64,000 bases of DNA from Trueperaceae bacterium (GTDB lineage: Bacteria > Deinococcota > Deinococci > Deinococcales > Trueperaceae): NCBI GenBank assembly GCA_965213705.1, contig OZ243913.1, positions 4,182,950-4,246,949 of the forward strand. Reading direction: 5' to 3'. Shown here piece by piece: positions 18,692 through 26,826 of the stretch. Below the pieces are notes generated by a model. That model was not told the DNA's origin. It ran no database searches and saw only the letters and a program-made list of their open reading frames with translations. How positions within the stretch are numbered: position 1 is the first letter of the stretch; each line of letters begins with the position of its first letter. Made by a program: the position numbers and the translations under genes.

Positions 18692-18720
18692 TTTACATAC
18701 AATCAGTAGTATGCTAATTT
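18692..18720 (+). promoter_or_regulatory. Second promoter (TTTACA-17-TAATTT, extended TG) with a weaker NrdR-like box ATACAATCAGTAGTAT (18697-18712)
   Basis: Same architecture as the upstream promoter; the CwA...TwG core is kept but the centre deviates. Confidence 0.55.
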
Positions 18721-18766
18721 GAGCGTCACAAGCAATTTACACACGAACGCGTAGAGAGGGAAAAAC

Positions 18767-21700
18767 GTGGACAAGCTCGCCTCATCCCACACGGAACCAG
18801 CAGCGACCCGGCCGACGGCTCAACTCGCGGCGTTCGACGAACACGCCGTCGCCATCGCCAAACGGCAGTACTTCACCCCCCAAGACAAAGACCTGGCGGG
18901 TTTGTTCCGGCGCGTCGCCGCCTGGGTCGCGACCCCCGAGGGTGAAGCGCAAGAAACGTACACCGCACGCTTTTTCGACCTCATGGCGTCGAAGCGGTTT
19001 TGCCCCGGCGGACGGGTTCTGGCGGGCGCGGCGACGAGCCACGGCAACGTGCTGAACTGTTTCGTCCAAGACGGCTCTCCCGAGACGGCTGGAACCGACA
19101 CCTGGGTGCTCAAACTGGCGACCAAGCTCGCGCTCGTGACCAAGGTCGGCGGCGGCAACGGCCTGTGTCTGGACCCCCTGAAACCCAAACGCGCTTATCA
19201 CCAGACTGCCGGACAGCTTTACTTGACCATTTCCCCCGCCCACGCCGACTACGACAAGGTCAAAACGGGTACCTACATGGACCTGGTTCACGGCAAGTAC
19301 GTTGCCAAGGGTTACCGCCGGGCGGTGTTTGTCGAACAAAGCGAGGTTCCCTCGGCGCTGCCCGTCTTGAACGTCGGCGACTCGGTCGAAAAAATTTGGG
19401 GGGCGGGGAGCGACATGATTGCGCGCATGTTACGGGGTGAGGACGTGCTCCTCGACCTCAGCAACCTGCGGCCCGAAGGTACGCCCGTGAAGGGCTCGGG
19501 CGGCACCAGCAGCGGCCCCAGCAGCTTCGCGGTCGAGGTGTTCGACAACTTTGCTGTTTGGGCGGCCCTGGGTGGGGCGAACCATGCCGGGCCGGTGGCG
19601 ACGCTGCGCTACATTTTCGCCCCGACGCTGCGGGTCATCCGGCAGGGCGGCTGCCTCCACCCCGACACCTTAGTCAACACGAGCAAAGGCACCCTGCGAC
19701 TGAGAGAACTTGTCGACGCTTACCAGTACGGTTGGCAAGACCACGCCCTGAAAGTCGCTACCGACGAGGGTTGGAAGGAGAGCCCCAGAGGCTTCAACAA
19801 CGGGAACGTTTCTACCCTCAAGGTGACCCTTGGCAACGGGCAAGAAATTCAGGGCACTCCAAACCACAAACTCAAAGTTATGTGCGAGAACGGCGAGCGG
19901 CGCTGGGTCGCGTTGGAAGACTTGCAGCAGGGTGATTCCGTGATTCAGGTGCTCGACCAGCACACAGGTGCAGCCGTTACCCTCGCGCCACTGACAAAAA
20001 CCCATCACAACACCAAGCCCATTCGCACGCCCGAGCAGCTTAACGAACACCTGGCTTTTTTCCTCGGCTACCTGTGGGGTGACGGTTTCGTCAGTGGCAA
20101 CCGCGTCGGCTTTGCTGTGGCGCACGGTTCACCGATGATGAAGAAGACCCCTGAACTGTTCAGCGACCTGTTTGGGTTGGAAGTGAGGCTCGAGCAAAAA
20201 GAAAACGACAAAAGTGCCGTCTTCGTCGCCAGCAGTGCAGCGCTGGTGAGTTGGCTCGGGCAAAACGGGCTGACAAAGGGCAGGGCGAGAGAGCTGACCT
20301 TACCCAAAGCCGTCCGTCAAGCCCCGCGTCCCGTAGTGGGCGCGTTCCTGCGCGGACTTTTCGAAGCTGACGGCAGCGTGACCGTCGGCTATCCGACGCT
20401 GGCAAGTGCCTCTAAACAACTCCTTCAAGACGTAACCGTCATGCTGGCGGGCTTGGGCATTCCGTCGACCTTGCGAGGCGTTGCGGCGCGCAGCGACCGC
20501 TACTCCAAGCAGCCCATGTACCACGTCAAAGTCGTCAGCGCCAAAGGCCGTGAGCGGTTTTTAGAGCGCGTCGGTTTTATAGAAAAGTCACGCTTTGAAA
20601 CCCTGCGCGACTTTCAACCGGACACCGCCAGAGAATCATCATGGCCGCTGCCTCACGCTTCGGCACTCCTCCAAACAGCTTTCGACGCTCTGCCCGCAGG
20701 TGCGAAAAGTCGTCCGTCGCCCTACACGTCGGCACGGAAAAACCTGTCGCGCTATATCCGCGGCGAGCGTCAGCTTACGTCAACGGGGCTCGAGCGGCTG
20801 AAGCGGAACACTCTCATCGCCGACAAGCTCCCCGAGTTCGACTTCGAAGAATTTTTCATACCCGTCAAGTCTGTCGAAGACGGCGGACGCAGCCTGACCC
20901 TCGACCTGTCTGTAGCCGAGAACAAAACCTACCTCGCCAACGGCGTCGTCAGCCACAACACCCGCCGCGGCGCCGGCATGGCAACTATGTCCATCACCCA
21001 CCCGGACATCCAGGACTTCATCACTGCCAAAGACTTGGAGCGCGAACAGCTCGAGGGCGACATTTCGACCTTCAACATCTCAGTCTTAGTGAGCGACACG
21101 TTTATGAACGAGAGCCGGACCGCGGGCGCGGCGGGCGTGCTTCATGACATCGCCGACCACGCCTGGCAGACCGGCGAACCCGGCCTCATCTTTATCGACC
21201 GTATCAACGAGTACAACCCACTGCGCTCGAGCCTGGGGGACATCAAGTCGACGAACCCCTGCGTCACTGCGGACACTTGGGTCGGCACACAGCTCGGACC
21301 GCGCCAAGTACGAGACCTGATTGGCAAAAGGTTTTGCGCGGTCGTCGACGGCAAAGCGTACGCCGTAGAGTCGGCAGGCTTTTGGTCTACAGGTGTTAAA
21401 CCCATTTATACCCTCGAGACGAAACGCGGTTTTAAGCTGCGACTGACCGGCAACCACAAACTCAACAAGGTCTTAAAAACGCACCACCGTCAGACGACGG
21501 CGTGGACCGAGGTCGCCGACTTGTGTGTAGGCGACGCCATCGCTTTGCAAAACCACCGTGAGGTCGCGCCGTGGCCCGGCAAAGGCACAGTTCTCGAGGG
21601 TTGGTTGTTGGGTTCGCTGGTCGGGGACGGCACCTTTGTGACCGACAAGGCCGAACCGATGGCTTGTCTTGACTACTGGGGTGACAACCGCCACGCGCTT

Positions 21701-23806
21701 GCCGAACTCGCTCAGGACGGCCTGACAAAATTGGCTCCAGGAAAAGTATGGAAGAGTGAAAAGTTCGACAAAACGCGGCTCACGTCCTCGGCCTTGGCAA
21801 AATTGGCCGCGGACTTCGGCATCGAGCACCGCCGCAAAACAGTTACAGACGAAGTCGAAAAGGCGAGTCACGACTTTTACTGCGGCTTTTTGAGGGGTCT
21901 TTTCGACGCGGACGGTTCACCGCAGGGTGAGCAGGAAAAGGATGTGTCGGTTAGGTTGGCGCAGTCCAGTTTGGCGTTGCTCGAGCGAGTCCAGCGCATG
22001 TTGGCGCGTTTAGGGATTTTGAGTTCAATTTATTCGGAACGTCGCCCGGAGGGTGAGCGCTACCTGCCGGACGGGCGCGGCGGCTCGAGAGCCTACTTTT
22101 GTCAAGCCGACCACGAACTCGTTATCGCCAACGACAACCTGGAGGTTTTTCAGGCGCGGGTCGATTTCGAAGACGGTGCGAAAAGGGCAAGGTTGGCTCG
22201 GCAACTCAGCGCTTACCGGCGTGAACCGAACCGGGAGCGTTTTTCCGATGAGGTCGTCACCATCGAAGCCGCCGGTACCGAGGAAGTTTTTGACGTCACG
22301 GTCGAACACGTCCACGCCTTCGACGCCAACGGTATTTCGGCACATAACTGCGGCGAGATTCCACTTTTTCCCGGTGAACCCTGCGACTTAGGCGCTGTCA
22401 ACTTGGCCGCATACGTGGTTGAGCCCGATCAGGGTCTCGAGGGCTTCGACTGGGACGCTTTCCACGCCGACGTGACGACCTGCATCCGCTTTTTGGACAA
22501 CGTTTTGGAAGTCAACAAGTTCGCCCTGGCCGACAACCGCGAGATGAGTTTGAAGCTGCGCCGCTTGGGTTTGGGCGTGATGGGTCTGGCCGACGCGCTG
22601 ATTCTGATGGGCCTGCGCTACGACAGCGACGCGGGCCGTGCGGCGACGAAGCACCTGATAGCCGAACTGCGCGACACGGCGACGCAGGCCAGCGAAGGGT
22701 TGGCCGCGGAGCGTGGGCCTTTTCCGGCCAGCGAAAACAGCAGCGTCGAGGCCGCGCGCCGCAACGTCGCCTTGCTCACCGTCGCGCCGACCGGCACGAC
22801 CAGCATGTTGATGGGCGTCTCGAGCGGCATCGAGCCCGTGTTCGCGCCTTTCGTGTACCGCAAAATCGGCGACAGTTACGCGTCCTTAATCCACCCGCTG
22901 TTTCAAGAGCTGTTGGAGCGCCACGCGCCCCACCCGGACTTTCAAAAGAACGACGCCTGGGACTGGGACAAGGTTGTCGAGGCGGTGCAGGGCAACCACG
23001 GCAGTGTGCAAGGTTTAGCGTTCGTCCCCGCCGCGGTCAAAGACGTTCTCGTCTGCGCCCACGACATCGCCCCCGAAGACCACGTCAAGATGCAGGGCGT
23101 CATCCAAACCACCTTCGACGGCGGCGGCAAAATGGTCGCCAACTCGATTTCCAAAACCATCAACATGCCCAACGAAGCTACCGTGGACGACGTGTACGAC
23201 GCCTACAGCCTCGCGTTTGCGACCGGCTGCAAGGGCATCACCGTGTACCGCGACGGCTCGAGACAGTTCCAGGTGCTCAGCACTAAAAAAGAAGAGAAAA
23301 AGCCGGTTGCTCCCGAGCCTGTCAAGGTTGCCCCTACCAACGAACGCTTGCCCGGCGAGCCGCTGTTTGACCGGCCGGGGCGTTTGTCCGGCTTTACCGA
23401 CACCGTCAAACTGATGTTGCCCAACGGCGAAAAGCGCGGCTTTTACGTCACGGTCAACTCTCAAGACGGCTTGCCTACCGAGGTGTTCATCGTCTCAGGC
23501 AAGGCGGGCGACGAAGCCAACGCCGACTCGGAAGCTTTAGGGCGCATGGTGTCCATCGCCCTGCAGTACGGCGTACCCGCGGCGGTCGTTATCAAAACCT
23601 TGCGCGGCATCAACGGCGGCATGTACGGCACCTACCAGGGCCGCATGGTCGCCAGCAAGGCCGATTTGCTCGCGGTCGCCCTCGAGACTGCAGGCGTGGA
23701 AAACGTGCTCAACAAGGGCGCGACTTGCCCCAACTGCGCGGCCCCGCTTCGCTTTGAAGAGGGTTGCCAAAAGTGCGAGAGCTGCGGATACAGCAAGTGC
23801 GGTTGA
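18767..23806 (+). CDS. nrdJ: Class II (adenosylcobalamin-dependent) ribonucleotide reductase precursor with two inteins; about 880 aa after splicing
   Basis: PGGRVLA, NCFV, RQGG|TRRGA, TNP|CGE, RRLGLGVMG, VAPTGT and SISKTIN motifs; C-terminal Cys-rich ribbon. Confidence 0.95.
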   Translation: MDKLASSHTEPAATRPTAQLAAFDEHAVAIAKRQYFTPQDKDLAGLFRRVAAWVATPEGEAQETYTARFFDLMASKRFCPGGRVLAGAATSHGNVLNCFVQDGSPETAGTDTWVLKLATKLALVTKVGGGNGLCLDPLKPKRAYHQTAGQLYLTISPAHADYDKVKTGTYMDLVHGKYVAKGYRRAVFVEQSEVPSALPVLNVGDSVEKIWGAGSDMIARMLRGEDVLLDLSNLRPEGTPVKGSGGTSSGPSSFAVEVFDNFAVWAALGGANHAGPVATLRYIFAPTLRVIRQGGCLHPDTLVNTSKGTLRLRELVDAYQYGWQDHALKVATDEGWKESPRGFNNGNVSTLKVTLGNGQEIQGTPNHKLKVMCENGERRWVALEDLQQGDSVIQVLDQHTGAAVTLAPLTKTHHNTKPIRTPEQLNEHLAFFLGYLWGDGFVSGNRVGFAVAHGSPMMKKTPELFSDLFGLEVRLEQKENDKSAVFVASSAALVSWLGQNGLTKGRARELTLPKAVRQAPRPVVGAFLRGLFEADGSVTVGYPTLASASKQLLQDVTVMLAGLGIPSTLRGVAARSDRYSKQPMYHVKVVSAKGRERFLERVGFIEKSRFETLRDFQPDTARESSWPLPHASALLQTAFDALPAGAKSRPSPYTSARKNLSRYIRGERQLTSTGLERLKRNTLIADKLPEFDFEEFFIPVKSVEDGGRSLTLDLSVAENKTYLANGVVSHNTRRGAGMATMSITHPDIQDFITAKDLEREQLEGDISTFNISVLVSDTFMNESRTAGAAGVLHDIADHAWQTGEPGLIFIDRINEYNPLRSSLGDIKSTNPCVTADTWVGTQLGPRQVRDLIGKRFCAVVDGKAYAVESAGFWSTGVKPIYTLETKRGFKLRLTGNHKLNKVLKTHHRQTTAWTEVADLCVGDAIALQNHREVAPWPGKGTVLEGWLLGSLVGDGTFVTDKAEPMACLDYWGDNRHALAELAQDGLTKLAPGKVWKSEKFDKTRLTSSALAKLAADFGIEHRRKTVTDEVEKASHDFYCGFLRGLFDADGSPQGEQEKDVSVRLAQSSLALLERVQRMLARLGILSSIYSERRPEGERYLPDGRGGSRAYFCQADHELVIANDNLEVFQARVDFEDGAKRARLARQLSAYRREPNRERFSDEVVTIEAAGTEEVFDVTVEHVHAFDANGISAHNCGEIPLFPGEPCDLGAVNLAAYVVEPDQGLEGFDWDAFHADVTTCIRFLDNVLEVNKFALADNREMSLKLRRLGLGVMGLADALILMGLRYDSDAGRAATKHLIAELRDTATQASEGLAAERGPFPASENSSVEAARRNVALLTVAPTGTTSMLMGVSSGIEPVFAPFVYRKIGDSYASLIHPLFQELLERHAPHPDFQKNDAWDWDKVVEAVQGNHGSVQGLAFVPAAVKDVLVCAHDIAPEDHVKMQGVIQTTFDGGGKMVANSISKTINMPNEATVDDVYDAYSLAFATGCKGITVYRDGSRQFQVLSTKKEEKKPVAPEPVKVAPTNERLPGEPLFDRPGRLSGFTDTVKLMLPNGEKRGFYVTVNSQDGLPTEVFIVSGKAGDEANADSEALGRMVSIALQYGVPAAVVIKTLRGINGGMYGTYQGRMVASKADLLAVALETAGVENVLNKGATCPNCAAPLRFEEGCQKCESCGYSKCG
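19652..20959 (+). mobile_element. Intein 1 in nrdJ (436 aa) with LAGLIDADG homing endonuclease
   Basis: Begins CLHPDTLV after RQGG; TPNH block B; LGYLWGDG and FLRGLFEADG; ends VSHN with Thr at +1. Confidence 0.93.
21260..22348 (+). mobile_element. Intein 2 in nrdJ (363 aa) with LAGLIDADG homing endonuclease, at the catalytic NP/CGE site
   Basis: Begins CVTADTWV after STNP; TGNH block B; LGSLVGDG and FLRGLFDADG; ends SAHN with the catalytic Cys at +1. Confidence 0.93.
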
Positions 23807-23921
23807 CAAAGGTGGACGGTGAAGACAAGACCGGGAACTCAACGCCTGGGTAGTTAACGCCCGGCGCGAACAGCTGAACGCTCGGCTTTACCGAAACCGA
23901 CACGCTCATCGCAAACAGCAA

Positions 23922-23952
23922 ACAGGGTGACGTCACTGCAACGTCACCCTGT
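23922..23952. terminator. Perfect 12-bp hairpin downstream of nrdJ
   Basis: ACAGGGTGACGT-cactgca-ACGTCACCCTGT; a short T run follows it on the minus strand only. Confidence 0.5.
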
Positions 23953-24072
23953 AACTGTGCCGAACCGAGAAGGCCTGCTCAAGTCTGCCGAAAAAACAAA
24001 CCGGAAGCGGACCCCGTCAAGAAACCGTAAAGCCACCGCCGAGTTTGTACCTTTCCCGTTTGTTTACCTCGC

Positions 24073-24192
24073 ACCCTTTCCGTTTCGTTCCCTCGGAATT
24101 GAACGCGAGCAAAGCGAGAAAAAAGATACGAACTAGCAATAAGGAAGCGAACAACTCTCCCAAGATCTACAAGCTGTAGTACCGGAATCCGT
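24073..24192. repeat. Dispersed intergenic repeat, copy B (homologous to 1902-2043)
   Basis: Colinear blocks shared with copy A. Confidence 0.7.
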
Positions 24193-24214
24193 ACCAGAAC
24201 CAAACGAAAGGGTA

Positions 24215-24565
24215 CTACCTGCGGGTCAACAGTTCGACGTTTTTACCACGATTTTTTTCTTCCAGGTGTTCGTGCCACAGCGTTTGGGCCAGCTCCTGAA
24301 CCGAGGGTTCGCGGGTCGTGCGCGCGTAGCTGTAGCCCAGACGTAAGTCCTCGAGCGCGTCCTCGGGGTCGGCCGCAAGCGCCACGCGGTAGCGCGACAG
24401 GTGAACCTGGGCCAGCAGCACGTCGCGCATCCGTTGCGGTTTGACCGCGTGGAGGTCGCGCATGGCGGCGGCGTAGGCGGCCATCGCGCCGCGCACGTCA
24501 CCGCGGCCGGCAAACACGACGCCGCGTTTGTAGTGCTCGGCCGCTTCGTAGAGAAGTTCGCGCAT
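24215..24565 (-). CDS. Hypothetical helical (TPR-like) protein
   Basis: 116-aa ORF with ATG start and host-like codon usage. Confidence 0.6.
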   Translation of the reverse strand: MRELLYEAAEHYKRGVVFAGRGDVRGAMAAYAAAMRDLHAVKPQRMRDVLLAQVHLSRYRVALAADPEDALEDLRLGYSYARTTREPSVQELAQTLWHEHLEEKNRGKNVELLTRR

Positions 24566-24615
24566 AGGTGCGAGTATAGCCCGAGTTGGGTAACGAGGTA
24601 GTCGGGCATTGTGTT

Positions 24616-24680
24616 GGACCCCTGCGTCGAACCCCCGCGTTGAACCTCCACATTGAACTTCCGCGTTTAACCCCCGCGTT
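24616..24680. repeat. 13-bp tandem repeat x5 (GAACCCCCGCGTT-like)
   Basis: GGACCCCTGCGTC GAACCCCCGCGTT GAACCTCCACATT GAACTTCCGCGTT TAACCCCCGCGTT. Confidence 0.8.
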
Positions 24681-24706
24681 GCTGGACACCTGTCGGCCCG
24701 CTTTGG

Positions 24707-25627
24707 TCAGGGGGCTTTGTTGTACACAAAACCGGACAGGTCCAGCCCGCCTGCGACCCGGTAAGTGTCGACGCCCAGCACGTCGAGCAGCAGGTCGCCG
24801 CGCAGCTCGAGCAGCGTCGGGATGCCCTGCAACGCGGCCGCCAACGCCGCACGCGCGGCGTCGTCGAGCTGCGCCGGTTGTGGGTAAAAGAGCAAGTCGA
24901 AACGGTTGCCCTGCGCGGCCGGCACCGGGACGAGGGACAAGTCTTGCGCGCCCAAGTCTTGCCCGCCGAGAAACACGTGCACCTCTTGACCCGACAAAAA
25001 GTAGCCGATGCCGCCCGTGTTTTCCGCGTTTACCGAGAGTTGGATGACGGGCGTGTCGGGGCGCAGCAAAAAGACGCGGCTCTGCGCGTCGACGAGCCGC
25101 AACTCGGGCGGCGTGACGCGCTCGCGCGCCATCGCCCCGCCGCTGACAAGCTTGCGCCGCGCGGTCCTGACCTCGTGGCTGCGCGAGGCGAACACAGTCA
25201 CGCCGTCCAAGCGAAACGGCAGCGGCGTGGTGCTGAACGCCCTCGCCACCGCCCGAATCAAGTCGGGCTCACCCTCTAACGAAGCCGTCACCCGAAGTTT
25301 GAGCGGCGCTTGCTCACCGGCGGCGATAAAATAACCCGGCTCCACCACGCTTTCACCGACCGCCTTGCCCGCCAGCGCGACCTCATAGGCAACCTGCTCG
25401 AGCGTCACGCCAAACGCGTTCGGGTTTTCAACCTGCAGCCCGATGTTCAGTTCGACCGTCGCGCCCGCCCCCGGCGGGTCGAAGCGCTCGACCGCCGTTT
25501 GCCCCGGCACCACCGTGAACACGAGGGGTTGGATGGGTTCCAACGGGGCTACTCTTTGGATGGGCCGCTGGTAGGGCGTACAAGCCGTGAGAAACACGAG
25601 CGAGAGGAGAAACGTGAGGCGTCGCAC
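24707..25627 (-). CDS. Lipoprotein with two LEA_2/WHy-like domains
   Basis: GTG start; signal peptide with lipobox LTAC; LQVENPNAFGVTL motif; second similar domain. Confidence 0.75.
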   Translation of the reverse strand: MRRLTFLLSLVFLTACTPYQRPIQRVAPLEPIQPLVFTVVPGQTAVERFDPPGAGATVELNIGLQVENPNAFGVTLEQVAYEVALAGKAVGESVVEPGYFIAAGEQAPLKLRVTASLEGEPDLIRAVARAFSTTPLPFRLDGVTVFASRSHEVRTARRKLVSGGAMARERVTPPELRLVDAQSRVFLLRPDTPVIQLSVNAENTGGIGYFLSGQEVHVFLGGQDLGAQDLSLVPVPAAQGNRFDLLFYPQPAQLDDAARAALAAALQGIPTLLELRGDLLLDVLGVDTYRVAGGLDLSGFVYNKAP

Positions 25628-25850
25628 TCCGGTAGTGTAGCAAAGCCGCGTCGTCAGACGGCAAAATCGCTTTCTGCCGAACCCGCGAATGAACGGATAA
25701 AAGGTTACAACGCGGCTCGAGCCGCCACCGCCACTTCCCCGCTCGTCTTTCAAAACGTGTTGAGAGGCGTCAGCAAACTGAGTCAAACAGCTCGAGACGG
25801 CGCAACCGGCGCTTCGCACCGCGCTCGGGCAAACTAGAATGATGGATAGC

Positions 25851-26306
25851 TCAAACCTCCACACCCTCATCGACCCACTGCCCGCCGCCCCAAGGTGGGT
25901 ATCGCCCTATCGCTCGTAAAATTTCCCGCTCCAACAGCCGTTCACGAACGTTGAGCTGGAGCAAGCGTTCCGTCACGCGAGCGATATCGGTGAGCGGTGT
26001 GATTCGTGCCTCGTTAAGGTCGAAGTGTTCACGCCAGCGGTCAGTACGCGGGTTATAAAAACGCACGAACGCACCCGTGTCCCAGTCAACCGAGCCGACG
26101 TCGCTGCCCTTGGTGCGGTTGCAAACTGCACAAGCGAGTGCCAGGTTGTCCTCTTCGGTTTGCCCGCCGTGCTTTTCACTGACAACGTGGTCAATTTGCA
26201 ACGTGTAGTAGCTGTCGTCCTCGTGAATCAAACAGTATTCGCAGCACCGTTCCGCTCTTTGCGTCACGCGCTGGCGCAGCTCTGCCGGGATGTACGTTTT
26301 ACTCAC
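25851..26306 (-). CDS. HNH endonuclease
   Basis: RAERCCEYC...IDHVVSEKHGG...NLALACAVCNRTKG, then FYNPR...W..HF. Confidence 0.9.
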   Translation of the reverse strand: MSKTYIPAELRQRVTQRAERCCEYCLIHEDDSYYTLQIDHVVSEKHGGQTEEDNLALACAVCNRTKGSDVGSVDWDTGAFVRFYNPRTDRWREHFDLNEARITPLTDIARVTERLLQLNVRERLLEREILRAIGRYPPWGGGQWVDEGVEV

Positions 26307-26529
26307 TCAGAAGCTGTCTAGCTTTTGCTTTTGCCAAGCGCATGACGTGCTCGAGCTGCATATACTGGTCAAGCTCGCGGCGCTCGTCCTCGGACAAGCC
26401 CTGCGTTTTTTCGCGCTCGATGAGTTCACTTACCCTTGCTTGGGCGCTCTCAGACGGGCGAAAAGAAACGACGCGAGCAGGATTCGCGTCTGCAATCAGG
26501 TCAACGAGGTCTTGGTATGCGAGAGTCAC
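26299..26529 (-). CDS. Small helical protein coupled to the HNH gene (candidate antitoxin)
   Basis: 76 aa; its stop overlaps the HNH start; LSEDERRELDQY...EH..RLAKAKA. Confidence 0.75.
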   Translation of the reverse strand: MTLAYQDLVDLIADANPARVVSFRPSESAQARVSELIEREKTQGLSEDERRELDQYMQLEHVMRLAKAKARQLLSE

Positions 26530-26826
26530 CGTGTAAGTAGTTTACCTCAGATTGAGGTCAGCAGCCTCGTCAGGTTGCTGAAAAGCGTATGCACGTACAG
26601 TCAACCTCGAGACAACACGTCACCCGAGATTCGCTAACCCTCGAGAAACTCCCTTAGCCAAGGTAATGCTAGCCCTCGAGACCCCCTCGGCTCGAGAGGG
26701 CACACCTAGCGTATTGCTGAGAAAAAGAGAGGAGGCTCGAGCCCCGCACAAGAGCCTCGTCCTGTTCACAAACGCAGTCGCCTGGGACTTTGTGCCTTTT
26801 TCAACCATGACCCTGCCTTTTCCGCT

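Noticed and set aside
25851..26306. HNH gene as an IscB/Cas9-like or intron-encoded nuclease
   Set aside because: Only 151 aa, no RuvC motifs, no flanking RNA or intron structure
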